Assembly (NCBI GenBank): GCA_963729605.1
Contig: CAVSNY010000007.1
Coordinates: 1,342,518-1,406,517, forward strand
Reading direction: 5' to 3'
Source: an uncultured Gammaproteobacteria bacterium
Lineage (GTDB): Bacteria > Pseudomonadota > Gammaproteobacteria > DRLM01
Length of the DNA stretch: 64,000 nt
Shown here in pieces: positions 20,221 to 30,130 of the stretch. A program made the translations under genes and the position numbers. The notes under the pieces are model-generated. The model did no database searches and was not told the DNA's origin. It saw only the letters and a list, made by a program, of their open reading frames with translations. Numbering within the stretch: position 1 is the stretch's first letter; each line of letters opens with the position of its first letter.

Positions 20221-21129
20221 ATGCCGAACGAACAGCTTACAGATCTAACCCAGCCACAGCGCGACCGGCTCGCGTTCGTGGAGTTGCGCGTGCGCTTCAT
20301 CGGGGAGATACGCCGCCAGGACTTGGTCACGCGGTTTGGCATCCAGTTCGCCGCTGCATCCAGAGATATTGCGCTGTACAAGGACTTGGCACCCGGCAAC
20401 ATTGACTACGACTCCAAAGGCAAGTCCTACGTCCTGGGGCCAGACTTCCGGCCCGTATTCGACTTCCCACCGGAGCGGGTGCTGTCGTGGCTGAGCCAGG
20501 GCTTTGGCGATGGTGAGCCGATGCGGCTCAAGGCGTGGGTGGCCAGCGAGAGCCCATCCCGGCTCACCCATCCGGATCTGGACGTCCTTGCGAGCGTGAC
20601 CCGTGCGATCCACCAGGAGTGTCCGCTTGGCATCGAGTACCACTCCATCTCCAGTGGCCGCAATGAGCGGGAGATCGTCCCGTTCGCGCTGATCGACAAC
20701 GGCCTCCGTTGGCACGTCCGTGCCTTCGACCGGAAGTCGCAGGAGTTCCGGGATTTCGTCATCACCCGGATCAAGCGCCCCGTGGTGCTCAAGCGGCAGC
20801 CAGTGGCGCCCCACGAGATGAGCGATCAAGACATTCAGTGGACCCGGATCGTCGAGCTGGAGTTGGTGCCGCACCCGGATCAACCCCGGCCGGAGATCAC
20901 CGAAATGGATTACGGCATGCGCGGCGGCGTGCTGCGGATGAAGCTGCGAGCCGCCACGGCCGGATACATCCTGCGCAAATGGAGTGTGGACTGCTCCCCA
21001 GACCACAGCCTCCGCGGCCATGAGTACCGGCTTTGGTTGAAAGACCACCTTGCCATTTACGGTGTGCGTAGCGCCGTTTTGGCGCCGGGCTTTGCGCAGC
21101 CGAATGCAAAAGCGTCGATAGATGACTGA
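20221..21129 (+). CDS. WYL-domain transcriptional regulator (BrxR/CapW-like)
   Basis: N-terminal wHTH (ASRDIALYK); WYL region RWHVRAFDRKSQEFRDFVITRI; ends LAPGF. Confidence 0.9.
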   Translation: MPNEQLTDLTQPQRDRLAFVELRVRFIGEIRRQDLVTRFGIQFAAASRDIALYKDLAPGNIDYDSKGKSYVLGPDFRPVFDFPPERVLSWLSQGFGDGEPMRLKAWVASESPSRLTHPDLDVLASVTRAIHQECPLGIEYHSISSGRNEREIVPFALIDNGLRWHVRAFDRKSQEFRDFVITRIKRPVVLKRQPVAPHEMSDQDIQWTRIVELELVPHPDQPRPEITEMDYGMRGGVLRMKLRAATAGYILRKWSVDCSPDHSLRGHEYRLWLKDHLAIYGVRSAVLAPGFAQPNAKASIDD

Positions 21130-21141
21130 ACGGGAGCGACC

Positions 21142-24100
21142 ATGAAGCTGATCCACAACACCGGCGCAGACCGAGTCATCGATCTGATCCGGCCGCATCT
21201 CAAACGTGGCAATCAGCTCGATTGCGTGACGCCCTCGTTTTCTCTCTATGCCTTCGCTGAAATGCGCGAAGCGCTGTCAGTCCTTGATCGGGTCCAACTG
21301 ATCTTGTCACCCGACGAAGAGGTGCTCGAGTTCCTCGGCGCGGAGGGCGACCGCGCCGCACGTAATCGCTTGCAGGCGCGTTGGTTGGCCAATCAATGTG
21401 CGAAGTGGATAGCTGGGAAGGTGGATCTTCGGCGGGCGCTGGGGCCGGTGCCACAAGGTGCTGTGGTTATGCGCAAGCCCGACGCTACGCCTGAGCAAGT
21501 GGTACTAGGATCGCTCGCGTTCAGCACTGCCGGCCTTGGGCTAACGCCGGGTAACCCATTGAGCCTGATTCAGGCATCTGAATCCGCCGACGAGGCAGTC
21601 CAACTCGCCCGGTGGTTCGATCAACAGTGGGCGAGCCTGCAAGGGCAGTCTGGGGAATCAACTAGCGGCCGCGACGCACTGATCAAAGCCTTGCAGGCCA
21701 TTGGCGAGCACCGCGATCCGTTCACCGTCTACACACTGATGTTGCATCACCTGTTTCGTGATCGCGGTGACGAAATGGACGAGGAGCGGATCGTCAAGTC
21801 GGCCACCGGCATCCGCAACACCGTGGTCTGGAAGAAGCTCTTCAAGTTCCAGCGCGACGGCGTGGTCGGCGCCATCGACAAGCTCGAACCGCTTCGGCGG
21901 CTGCATCATCGCCGACAGCGTCGGCCTCGGTAAGACCTTCGAGGCGCTGGCGATCATCAAGTACCACGAGCTGCGCAACGACCGCGTGCTCGTGCTGTGC
22001 CCAAGCGCCTGCGCGACAACTGGACGCTCTACAAGGCCAACGACCGCCGCAACATCCTCGCGCCCGACCGCTTCAACTACGACGTCCTGAACCACACCGA
22101 CCTGTCGCGCGACGGCGGCATGTCCGGCGACATCGACCTCGTCGCACGTCAACTGGGGCAACTACGACCTCGTCGTCATCGACGAGTCGCACAACTTCCG
22201 CAACAAGAAGACGCCGCAGGCGGGCAGCGAGACGCGCTACGACCGCCTGATGCGCAAGATCATCAAGGAAGGCGTCAAGACCCGCGTCCTGATGCTGTCG
22301 GCCACGCCGGTCAACAACCGCCTGGCCGACCTGCGCAACCAGATCGCCTTCGCCACCGAGGGCGACGACACCGCGCTTGCTCGAGCACGGCATCGCCAGC
22401 ATCGACAGCACCACGCGCCTCGCGCAGAAGCAGTTCAACCGCTGGCTCGACCTCGACGACGCCGAGCGCACGCCCGTCGCGGCTGATCGAGATGCTGGGC
22501 TTCGACTACTTCACGCTGCTCGACCTGCTCACCATCGCCCGCTCGCGCAAGCACATCGAGAAGTACTACGGCACCGCCGAGACCGGCCGCTTCCCGGACC
22601 GGCTGAAGCCGATCAACATCAAGGCCGACGTCGACCGCGCCGGCGAGTTCCGCGTCCATCCGCGACATCAACCACGAGATCCGCCGCCTCAACCTCGCCG
22701 CCTACGCGCCGCTGCGCTACGTGCTGCCGCACAAGCAGGCCGCCTACGACGCGAAGTACAGCACCGAGATTCGCGGCGGCGAGGGCTTCTTCCGCCAGGT
22801 GGACCGCGAGGAGAGCCTGATCCACCTGCTGCGCGTCAACGTGCTCAAGCGCATGGAAAGCGCGGTGCCGTCGTTCGCGCTCACCGTGCGAGCGCCAGCT
22901 CGCGCGACGTGGAGGCCACGCTGGCGCAGCATCGAAGCGCACGCCGAGGAGCTGTGAGGAGATCGACATCGAGGACGTGGACATCGACGATCCGGCCTTC
23001 GAGAGCCTGCTCGTCGGGCGCAAGGTCAAGGTGCTGCTGAAGGACGTCGACCTGATCCGCTGGAAGCAGGACCTGATCGAGGACCGCAACCGGCTGGCCA
23101 CACTGCTGGCGGCGGCGCGACAGGTGGATGCCGCCCGCGACGCCAAGCTCGCCGCGCTGCGCGAGATGATCGAGCGACAAGTGCCGCAACCCGATCAACC
23201 CCGGCAACCGCAAGGTCATCGTCTTCACCGCCTTCGCGGACACCGCCCGCTACCTCTACGACGCAGCTCGCCCCGTGGGCCAAGGCGACGCTCGGCATCG
23301 ACGCGGCGCTGGTCACCGGCACGGGCCGCAACCAGACCACGCTGCCCGGCCTGCGCAAAGACCTGGCATCGATCCTCACCGCGTTCGCGCCGCGCTCGAA
23401 GGAGCGCCCCGAGGACCTCGCCGGCGAGGGCGAGATCGATCTGCTCATCGCCACCGACTGCATCTCCGAGGGCCAGAACCTCCAGGACTGCGACTGGCTG
23501 ATCAACTACGACATCCACTGGAACCCGGTGCGCATCATCCAGCGCTTCGGCCGCATCGACCGCATCGGCTCGCCCAACGAGCGCATCCAGCTCGTCAACT
23601 TCTGGCCCAACATGGAGCTGGAGGAGTACATCAACCTGGAGCAGCGGGTCAGCGGCCGCATGGTGCTGCTCGACATCTCCGCCACCGGCGAGGAGAACCT
23701 GATCGAGCAGCAGTCCGGCAACCAGATGAACGACCTGGAGTACCGCCGCAAGCAGCTGCTCAAGCTCCAGGACGCGGTCATCGACCTGGAGGACCTTTCC
23801 ACCGGCGTCTCCATCGCCGACCTGACGCTCACCGACTTCCGCATCGACCTGGCGCAGTACCTCAAGGCGCACCCGGCGTGCTCGAGAGCCTGCCGCTCGG
23901 CACCTGCGCCGTCACCACCACGACCGAGGCCGACATTGCCGCCGGGCATCATCTTCTGCCTGCGCGCCGAGGGCGACGGCCGCCAAGCGCAGCGCCGAGA
24001 CCGGGCTATCCGCTTGGCGCCGCATTACCTCGTGCATGTCGGGCGACGACGGCGCGGTGCTGCTGCCCTACACGCAGGCCAAGCAGATCCTCGACCGCCT

Positions 24101-24370
24101 CAAGCGCCTCTGCGCTCGGGCGCGACCTGCCCGACGCCGGTGCCTGCGCCCGCTTCGACAAGGCGACCAGGCAGGGCGAGGACATGCGCGCACGCCCAGA
24201 AGCTGCTCGCCGCCGCCGTGGCCTCGGTCGTCGGCAAGAGCGAGGAGCGCGCCGTGGCCAGCCTGTTCACGCCCGGCGGCACCCACGCGATGAAGGGCGA
24301 GTTCGCGGGCATCAACGACTTCGAGGTGGTGGCGTTTCTGGTCATCCTGCCGGAGAGCGAGACGCCATGA
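21142..24370 (+). CDS. SNF2-family helicase, many frameshifts (probably sequence errors)
   Basis: Pieces in different frames: IADSVGLGKT, DESHNFRN, LMLSATPVNN, ATDCISEGQNLQD, IIQRFGRIDRIGS. Confidence 0.85.
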
Positions 24371-25204
24371 CGGCCATCCCCTCATCAACCCTTTCGGCGC
24401 AAACCCTAATCCACGCCTTGCGCTTGCCCGAGGGTTGCCGCGTGGATCAGCGCGTGCCCAAGAAGCTGCTGCTGGAGAATGGTGCGCCCACGGCGGCAGA
24501 TAAGCGCCTGATCAAGGATGGCATCGAAGAGCTGCAATGGGTGGCGGCACTCAAGCCCACCACCATCGGCGTGCCCGACTACCGCGACGACGCTGCGCGA
24601 GTACCTGGAGATCGCCGTGCTGGCAGTGACTTTGCGGGGTGTCGTTAAACCCGCAAGTCACTCGCGCCTCGCCGAGCTGGTGCACCGAGCCGTGCCCTAT
24701 CCGGTGCTGTTGCTGCTGATTGAGGGGCAAGCGCTGACCCTGTCGCTGGCCCACAAGCGCTGGGCACAGAACGAGGCTGGCAAAGTGGTGCTCGACGGCA
24801 GCTTAGTATCGGTGACAGTGTCGGCTTCGCTGTCCGAGATCAATGCGACGGATCCGTCGAACCCTGATCCCGCGGCAGTTGCTGAAGCCGATCGTTCCTT
24901 TATCCAGTCCCTGTCAGTCACGCGCCAACCCCAGGCCACGCTGCACGCACTCTATCAAGGCTGGATGGAGTGCGTGCAGTCCTTGCTGGCCGCCCGGCTG
25001 ACGGGAAGCTACCGAATCTCGTCAACGCCGGAACAGGCAGCGGCGCGCCGACAAGCCCTGGCCGATTGCGAACGGTGTGAGGCCGAGATCAACCGCCTGC
25101 GGGCGCAAGCAGCGAAAGAAAAACAATTGGCACGTCAGGTGGAACTGAACTTGATGCTCAAGCGGATGCAGGCCGAACTGGCTGTCGCGAGGGAAAAGCT
25201 GTGA
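24367..25204 (+). CDS. DUF4391 protein, frameshift near 24590
   Basis: ATGA overlap; VDQRVPKKLLLE, YLEIAVL, LVHRAVPYP, KEKQLARQVELN. Confidence 0.8.
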
Positions 25205-25242
25205 ACCGTTGGCGGCAACGTCATGTTCCTCCGTTGCCCGTC

Positions 25243-25271
25243 TTGTCGGGCTGCCAACAATTACCTATACT
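25243..25271 (+). promoter_or_regulatory. Internal sigma70 promoter for the RNA/Abi module
   Basis: TTGTCG-N17-TATACT. Confidence 0.55.
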
Positions 25272-25281
25272 AGCTTGCAAT

Positions 25282-25341
25282 ACACCCGCCAAGCCTATGG
25301 CTGCCTCGGCAGACACGCTCAAATCGTGCGGGTTTTTTATT
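25282..25341 (+). ncRNA. Putative abiF-motif structured RNA (antitoxin or leader)
   Basis: Outer stem ACCCGC(25284)/GCGGGT(25333) encloses internal hairpins and is followed by TTTTTT, immediately upstream of an Abi gene. Confidence 0.65.
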
Positions 25342-25364
25342 GCCTGCAGGAAGCGGGGGGTGGC

Positions 25365-26360
25365 ATGAAGCCATTCACCAAGCCCGCCATCACCGTCGCT
25401 GAACAAGTGGCACTCCTCAAGGCCCGTGGCCTGTCAATCCGCGATGAAGCACGAGCCGCACACTTTCTCGAAGCGGTCAGTTTCTTTCGGCTCACACCCT
25501 ACATGCGGCCCTTTCAGGTTGCTGGCAACGCCGACCACGTTTTTCTGTCCGGCACCGGCTTTCGCCAGCTCAGCCAGTTGTACGACTTCGATCGCCGTCT
25601 GCGGTTGCTGGTGATCGATGCCATAGAACGGGTAGAAGTAGCGGCGAGAGCCGCCATCTCCAACCATATGGGGCCAGCGCACGGCGCTCACTGGTATCTA
25701 CAGCGTAACTTGTTCAAAAACCGCTATAACCACGCTCGCTTGTTGAGCACTATCGAGAGCGCCCAACAGAAAGCCTTGCAGGATTACCAGCGCGAAGTGG
25801 CTCGCATCGACCGGCTTACACACGCCGACGAGGCGCGTAAAACCGCGTTAAGGCAGCGCCGTGCCCAAGAGAGCTATGCCCGCCACTATGCCCTGACCTA
25901 CAACCAGCCTGCTCTGATGCCCGGCTGGGCGATGCTGGAAGAGCTGACAATAGGTGAGTTGTCGCACCTGTACCGAGCCCTTGCCAAAGACAGTGACCGC
26001 AAAGCCATCGGCCAGCCGCTGGCCGCGCCGGCGCCCTTGCTGGATTCCTGGTTCCACACCTTAACGGTGGTGCGCAACATCTGCGCCCACCATGCCCGGC
26101 TGTGGAACCGCGAACTGGGTATCAAGCCCGAGCAGCCCAAACAGGCAAACTTTTCCTGGCCCGGCTACTTGCGCCGAAGCGACCAACACACCCGCATTGC
26201 CGTGGTGCTGGCGATGCTGCACCACCTGATGCAGCAGGTCAGCCCGCATACCCGCTGGCACCAGCGCCTGGCCGACTTGCTGAACGAATACCCCGAAATA
26301 CCCAAACCGGCGATGGGCTTGCCGGATAAGTGGCAATCAGACATTTTTTGGCAGAACTGA
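25365..26360 (+). CDS. AbiD/AbiF-family (Abi_2) HEPN RNase
   Basis: KPAIT.AEQ..LLKARGL, LYDFDRRLR..IERVEVA, HEPN motif RNICAHHARLWN. Confidence 0.88.
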   Translation: MKPFTKPAITVAEQVALLKARGLSIRDEARAAHFLEAVSFFRLTPYMRPFQVAGNADHVFLSGTGFRQLSQLYDFDRRLRLLVIDAIERVEVAARAAISNHMGPAHGAHWYLQRNLFKNRYNHARLLSTIESAQQKALQDYQREVARIDRLTHADEARKTALRQRRAQESYARHYALTYNQPALMPGWAMLEELTIGELSHLYRALAKDSDRKAIGQPLAAPAPLLDSWFHTLTVVRNICAHHARLWNRELGIKPEQPKQANFSWPGYLRRSDQHTRIAVVLAMLHHLMQQVSPHTRWHQRLADLLNEYPEIPKPAMGLPDKWQSDIFWQN

Positions 26361-26373
26361 CCAAGGATTCACC

Positions 26374-28290
26374 ATGAAGAAAATCGACATCCACAGCCCC
26401 GAGGCCCAGTCCGCCGATCTGGTGGCGGGCAACATCGACCAGCTCAAGGCCCTGTTCCCGGACCTCATTACTGAAGGCCCGAACGGCACGGCGGTGAACG
26501 TGGATGTGCTCAAGGCCCTGGTGGGTGACCAGACCGTCACCGATGCCGACGAGAAATACGGCCTCAACTGGCACGGCAAGCGCCGCGCGCGGCAATTGGC
26601 GCTGACACCGAGTACCGGCACTCTGCGGCCCTGCCCGGGCGAGAGCGTTGATTGGGAAACCACCCAGAACCTGATGATCGAGGGCGACAACCTCGAAGTC
26701 CTCAAGCTGTTGCAGAAAAGCTATGCCGGCGAGGTCAAGCTCATCTATATCGATCCGCCGTACAACACCGGCAAGGACTTTGTGTACCCGGACAACTTCC
26801 AGGACAACATCAAGAACTATCTGGAACTGACCGGGCAGGTGGAGGGCGGACAGAAGATCAGCAGCAATACCGAAGCCAGCGGTCGGTTTCATACGGACTG
26901 GTTGAACATGATGTATCCAAGGTTGAAGCTAGCGAGGAATCTTCTTCGGGATGACGGGGTTATCTTTGTTAGTATTGACGACAATGAAGTAACGAACTTG
27001 CGCAGTGTGCTTGATGATTTATTCGGGCCGGAAAACTTTGTTGCCAATGTCATCTGGCAGAAGAAATACAGCACGAAAGCAGATTCTAAGGATTTTTCGG
27101 AATCACATGACTTCTTGGTGTGCTATCGAAAAGGCGGCACTGCCCAGATTCAAGGTTTGCCCCGAAGTGATGCTCAAGAGGCCACATATAAAAACCCAGA
27201 CAATGATCCTCGCGGTCCCTGGGCATCTGACAATCTATTGCGTACTGAGGTTAGAGAGTACGCAATCTTCGGTGTTATGGCACCGAATGGACAAGAACAC
27301 TGGCCACCTGAGGGAAGTAGTTGGCGCTTTAACAAGGAGAGAATGGCAGAACTCATTACTGACAATCGCATCTGGTTTGGCGAAGCGGGAAATAGCAAAC
27401 CCCGGCTGAAGCGATTTCGCTCTGAAGTCCGAGATTCGATTCCACCACAGACAATTTGGACATTCGATCAAGTAGGCCATACTGACGAGGGCACTAAACA
27501 GCTGGCAGAGTTGTTTGGCAGTACGCGTTCTCCGTTTCCTAATCCGAAACCAACTCGGCTGCTTCAGCGTGTCGTTCAAATAGGTTCAAACAATAGTGAT
27601 ATTGTTTTGGACTTTTTTGCTGGTAGTGGAACGACCGGACAGGCTGTATGGGCGCAAAACGTTGCCGATGGTGCAAGCCGGCGTTTCCTAGCGGTACAGC
27701 TACCGGAGCCGTTGAGCGATGGAAATAAAGAAGATCAGTCGGTCATTCACTATTGTGACCAACTTGGCAAACCCCGCACCATTGCCGAACTTACCAAAGA
27801 ACGTCTACGCCGCGCCGCCGCCAAGGTCAAGGCCGACAATCCGCTGTTTGCCGGCGACACCGGCTTCCGCGTCTTCAAGCTCGACCACTCCAATATCCGC
27901 GCCTGGAATCCCAACCCGGCGGATCTGGAAGCTTCGCTGTTCGACCACCAGGATCATTTGCTCGCAGGCCGCTCTGAGGCTGACGTGCTCTACGAGCTGT
28001 TGCTCAAGCTCGGCCTTGACCTGTGCGTGCTCATCGAGCAGCGCACCGTCGCGGGCAGTGACGTGCATGCCGTGGGTGGCGGCGTGCTGATGGCCTGCCT
28101 AGCCGAGCAGATTACCCGCGAGCAGGTGGAGCCGCTGGCCCAAGGTATTATCGACTGGCACCAGGAACTGGCGCCCGCCGGTGACACCACTTGCGTGTTC
28201 CGCGATAGCGCCTTCGCTGACGACGTCGCCAAGACCAACCTCGCCGCCACTCTGGAGCAACACGGCATCCAGAACGTGAGAAGCTTGTAG
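26374..28290 (+). CDS. mod: Type III restriction-modification Mod (N6A methyltransferase)
   Basis: IEGDNLEVLK, YIDPPYNTG, PKP, LDFFAGSGTTGQA. Confidence 0.93.
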   Translation: MKKIDIHSPEAQSADLVAGNIDQLKALFPDLITEGPNGTAVNVDVLKALVGDQTVTDADEKYGLNWHGKRRARQLALTPSTGTLRPCPGESVDWETTQNLMIEGDNLEVLKLLQKSYAGEVKLIYIDPPYNTGKDFVYPDNFQDNIKNYLELTGQVEGGQKISSNTEASGRFHTDWLNMMYPRLKLARNLLRDDGVIFVSIDDNEVTNLRSVLDDLFGPENFVANVIWQKKYSTKADSKDFSESHDFLVCYRKGGTAQIQGLPRSDAQEATYKNPDNDPRGPWASDNLLRTEVREYAIFGVMAPNGQEHWPPEGSSWRFNKERMAELITDNRIWFGEAGNSKPRLKRFRSEVRDSIPPQTIWTFDQVGHTDEGTKQLAELFGSTRSPFPNPKPTRLLQRVVQIGSNNSDIVLDFFAGSGTTGQAVWAQNVADGASRRFLAVQLPEPLSDGNKEDQSVIHYCDQLGKPRTIAELTKERLRRAAAKVKADNPLFAGDTGFRVFKLDHSNIRAWNPNPADLEASLFDHQDHLLAGRSEADVLYELLLKLGLDLCVLIEQRTVAGSDVHAVGGGVLMACLAEQITREQVEPLAQGIIDWHQELAPAGDTTCVFRDSAFADDVAKTNLAATLEQHGIQNVRSL

Positions 28291-28292
28291 TG

Positions 28293-30026
28293 ATGGATCA
28301 AGCTGCGCTCATTGCCAAGGTGGATCAGTTGCGTAGTCAAGGGCGCGAAGCCAATACGATTGAGTTCAAGTCCAACTGGAACCAACCCCAGGAAATTGGC
28401 GAGTACCTGTCGGCCATGGCTAATGCGGCGGTATTGGCTCGGCATGATCAAGCGTGGATGCTATGGGGCATCGACGACTCGACACATAGAGTCAATGGCA
28501 CGACATTCGATCCTTTCAAACAAAAGGCTGAAGGCAATCAATCGCTGATTATGTGGCTCACGCAGAAAACCTCGCCCAAGCCGGATTTTGATTTTTATGA
28601 GGTTTCGCATCCTGAGGGGCGCGTAGTTCTGCTGGAAATAAAAGCCCCGCGCACAGCGCCTTTGGCATTTTCAGGTGAGCGCTATATTCGCATTGATAGC
28701 CATAAAACCAGGTTGAATCAACATTCGGATAAAGAGCAACGCATCTGGGAATTGCTGGGGCAAAAGACTGATTGGTCTGGAGAGGTCGTTGCAGAGGCCG
28801 TGATAGACGATCTCGACTCGCTGGCAATCGATGCTGCGCGCAAGCGGTTTACCGAATACCTGTTGAAAGCCCAACCTGATAGTGCCAGGCATGAGCAAAT
28901 TCGTGCAGAGGCCAATGCTTGGGATATTGTGACGCTGTTAAACAAAGCTCGGATCACCAAAGCCGGGAAAATCACGCGATCTGCTTTGTTGCTGTTAGGC
29001 AAGGATGAGTCAGCTCATTACCTGTCACCCATAGATGCAAAATTGAGCTGGATCTTGCGGGATACCTCCAATAACACAAAGTCATCGCACCATTTCGGCA
29101 TGCCATTGCTGCTGTCTACCGAGAAGGTCTTTGCCAGCATTCGCAATCTGTCGATAGAACATATGCCCGATGGCACGCTGTTCCCGACGGCAATCCAATC
29201 CTATGACCCCTGGGTGATCCGAGAAGCGCTACATAACTGCGTAGCGCATCAGGATTACCGACTCGGCGGCAAGGTGAACATAGTCGAACATCCCGACAAG
29301 CTGGTGTTTACCAATCTGGGGCAGTTCATTCCTCCCAGCGTTGAGTGGATGCTCGAACATCAGTCGCCCCCGGAGCATTACCGCAACCAATGGTTGATTG
29401 AGGGCATGATTCGCCTGCGCATGATTGACCAGGTCGGCAGCGGTATTCGCCGCATGTTCCAGACACAGCGTGACCGCTTTTTTCCCTTACCTGATTTTGT
29501 TTTCGACAACGCTGAAGCGGGGCACCCGCGCGTTGAAGTCATCATTCCTGGGCAGATTCTGGACGTGAAGTACACCCAGATGCTGATCAAACGGTCTGAT
29601 CTTACGTTGCGTCAGGTCTTGCTGCTTGATCGGGTTCAGAAGAAAAGACCTTTGTCTGCTGGCGAGGCGCGCGAGCTTAAATCACTTAAGTTGATTGAAG
29701 GGCGCTCACCGAACTTCTTTGTTTCTTCCAGGGTTGCTGAGTGGACAGGCCAGAAAGCCAGTTATATCCGTAATCGTGGACTGGACAGTGGTTTCTACCG
29801 GGAGCTGGTCGTTGACTACCTCAGGAAATATCAAAAGGCCACTCGCAAGGAGCTGGACGATTTGCTGCTGGGCAAGCTTCCCGAGGTGCTGGATGCCGAG
29901 CAGAAGGCCCATAAGGTTCGCAACCTGTTACAAGCCATGCGCCGGGATGGGCTGATTCACCGGATTGGCCCCAAGGCAACGGGGGCCTGGGGTTTAGGCC
30001 CTGACCCTGGGGACGATCAAAGCTAG
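28293..30026 (+). CDS. AlbA_2 (Schlafen-like) + HATPase_c_4 + wHTH protein
   Basis: IEFKSN...YLSAMAN...LWGIDD; IREALHNCVAHQDY; RN...MIDQVGSGIRRM. Confidence 0.8.
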   Translation: MDQAALIAKVDQLRSQGREANTIEFKSNWNQPQEIGEYLSAMANAAVLARHDQAWMLWGIDDSTHRVNGTTFDPFKQKAEGNQSLIMWLTQKTSPKPDFDFYEVSHPEGRVVLLEIKAPRTAPLAFSGERYIRIDSHKTRLNQHSDKEQRIWELLGQKTDWSGEVVAEAVIDDLDSLAIDAARKRFTEYLLKAQPDSARHEQIRAEANAWDIVTLLNKARITKAGKITRSALLLLGKDESAHYLSPIDAKLSWILRDTSNNTKSSHHFGMPLLLSTEKVFASIRNLSIEHMPDGTLFPTAIQSYDPWVIREALHNCVAHQDYRLGGKVNIVEHPDKLVFTNLGQFIPPSVEWMLEHQSPPEHYRNQWLIEGMIRLRMIDQVGSGIRRMFQTQRDRFFPLPDFVFDNAEAGHPRVEVIIPGQILDVKYTQMLIKRSDLTLRQVLLLDRVQKKRPLSAGEARELKSLKLIEGRSPNFFVSSRVAEWTGQKASYIRNRGLDSGFYRELVVDYLRKYQKATRKELDDLLLGKLPEVLDAEQKAHKVRNLLQAMRRDGLIHRIGPKATGAWGLGPDPGDDQS

Positions 30027-30130
30027 GAGCGAAGGAATTAGCATTCAACTAGCAAAGGAAAGACAATAACTTTTTGAATGTATTCATTAATTTTTGTTAG
30101 CTAACGCTAAATTCTAGATATGGATCAGCT

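Noticed and set aside
21142-24370. Programmed frameshifting or true pseudogene status for the SNF2 and second Res genes
   Set aside because: Indels are numerous, scattered and lack slippery motifs; sequence error is more parsimonious
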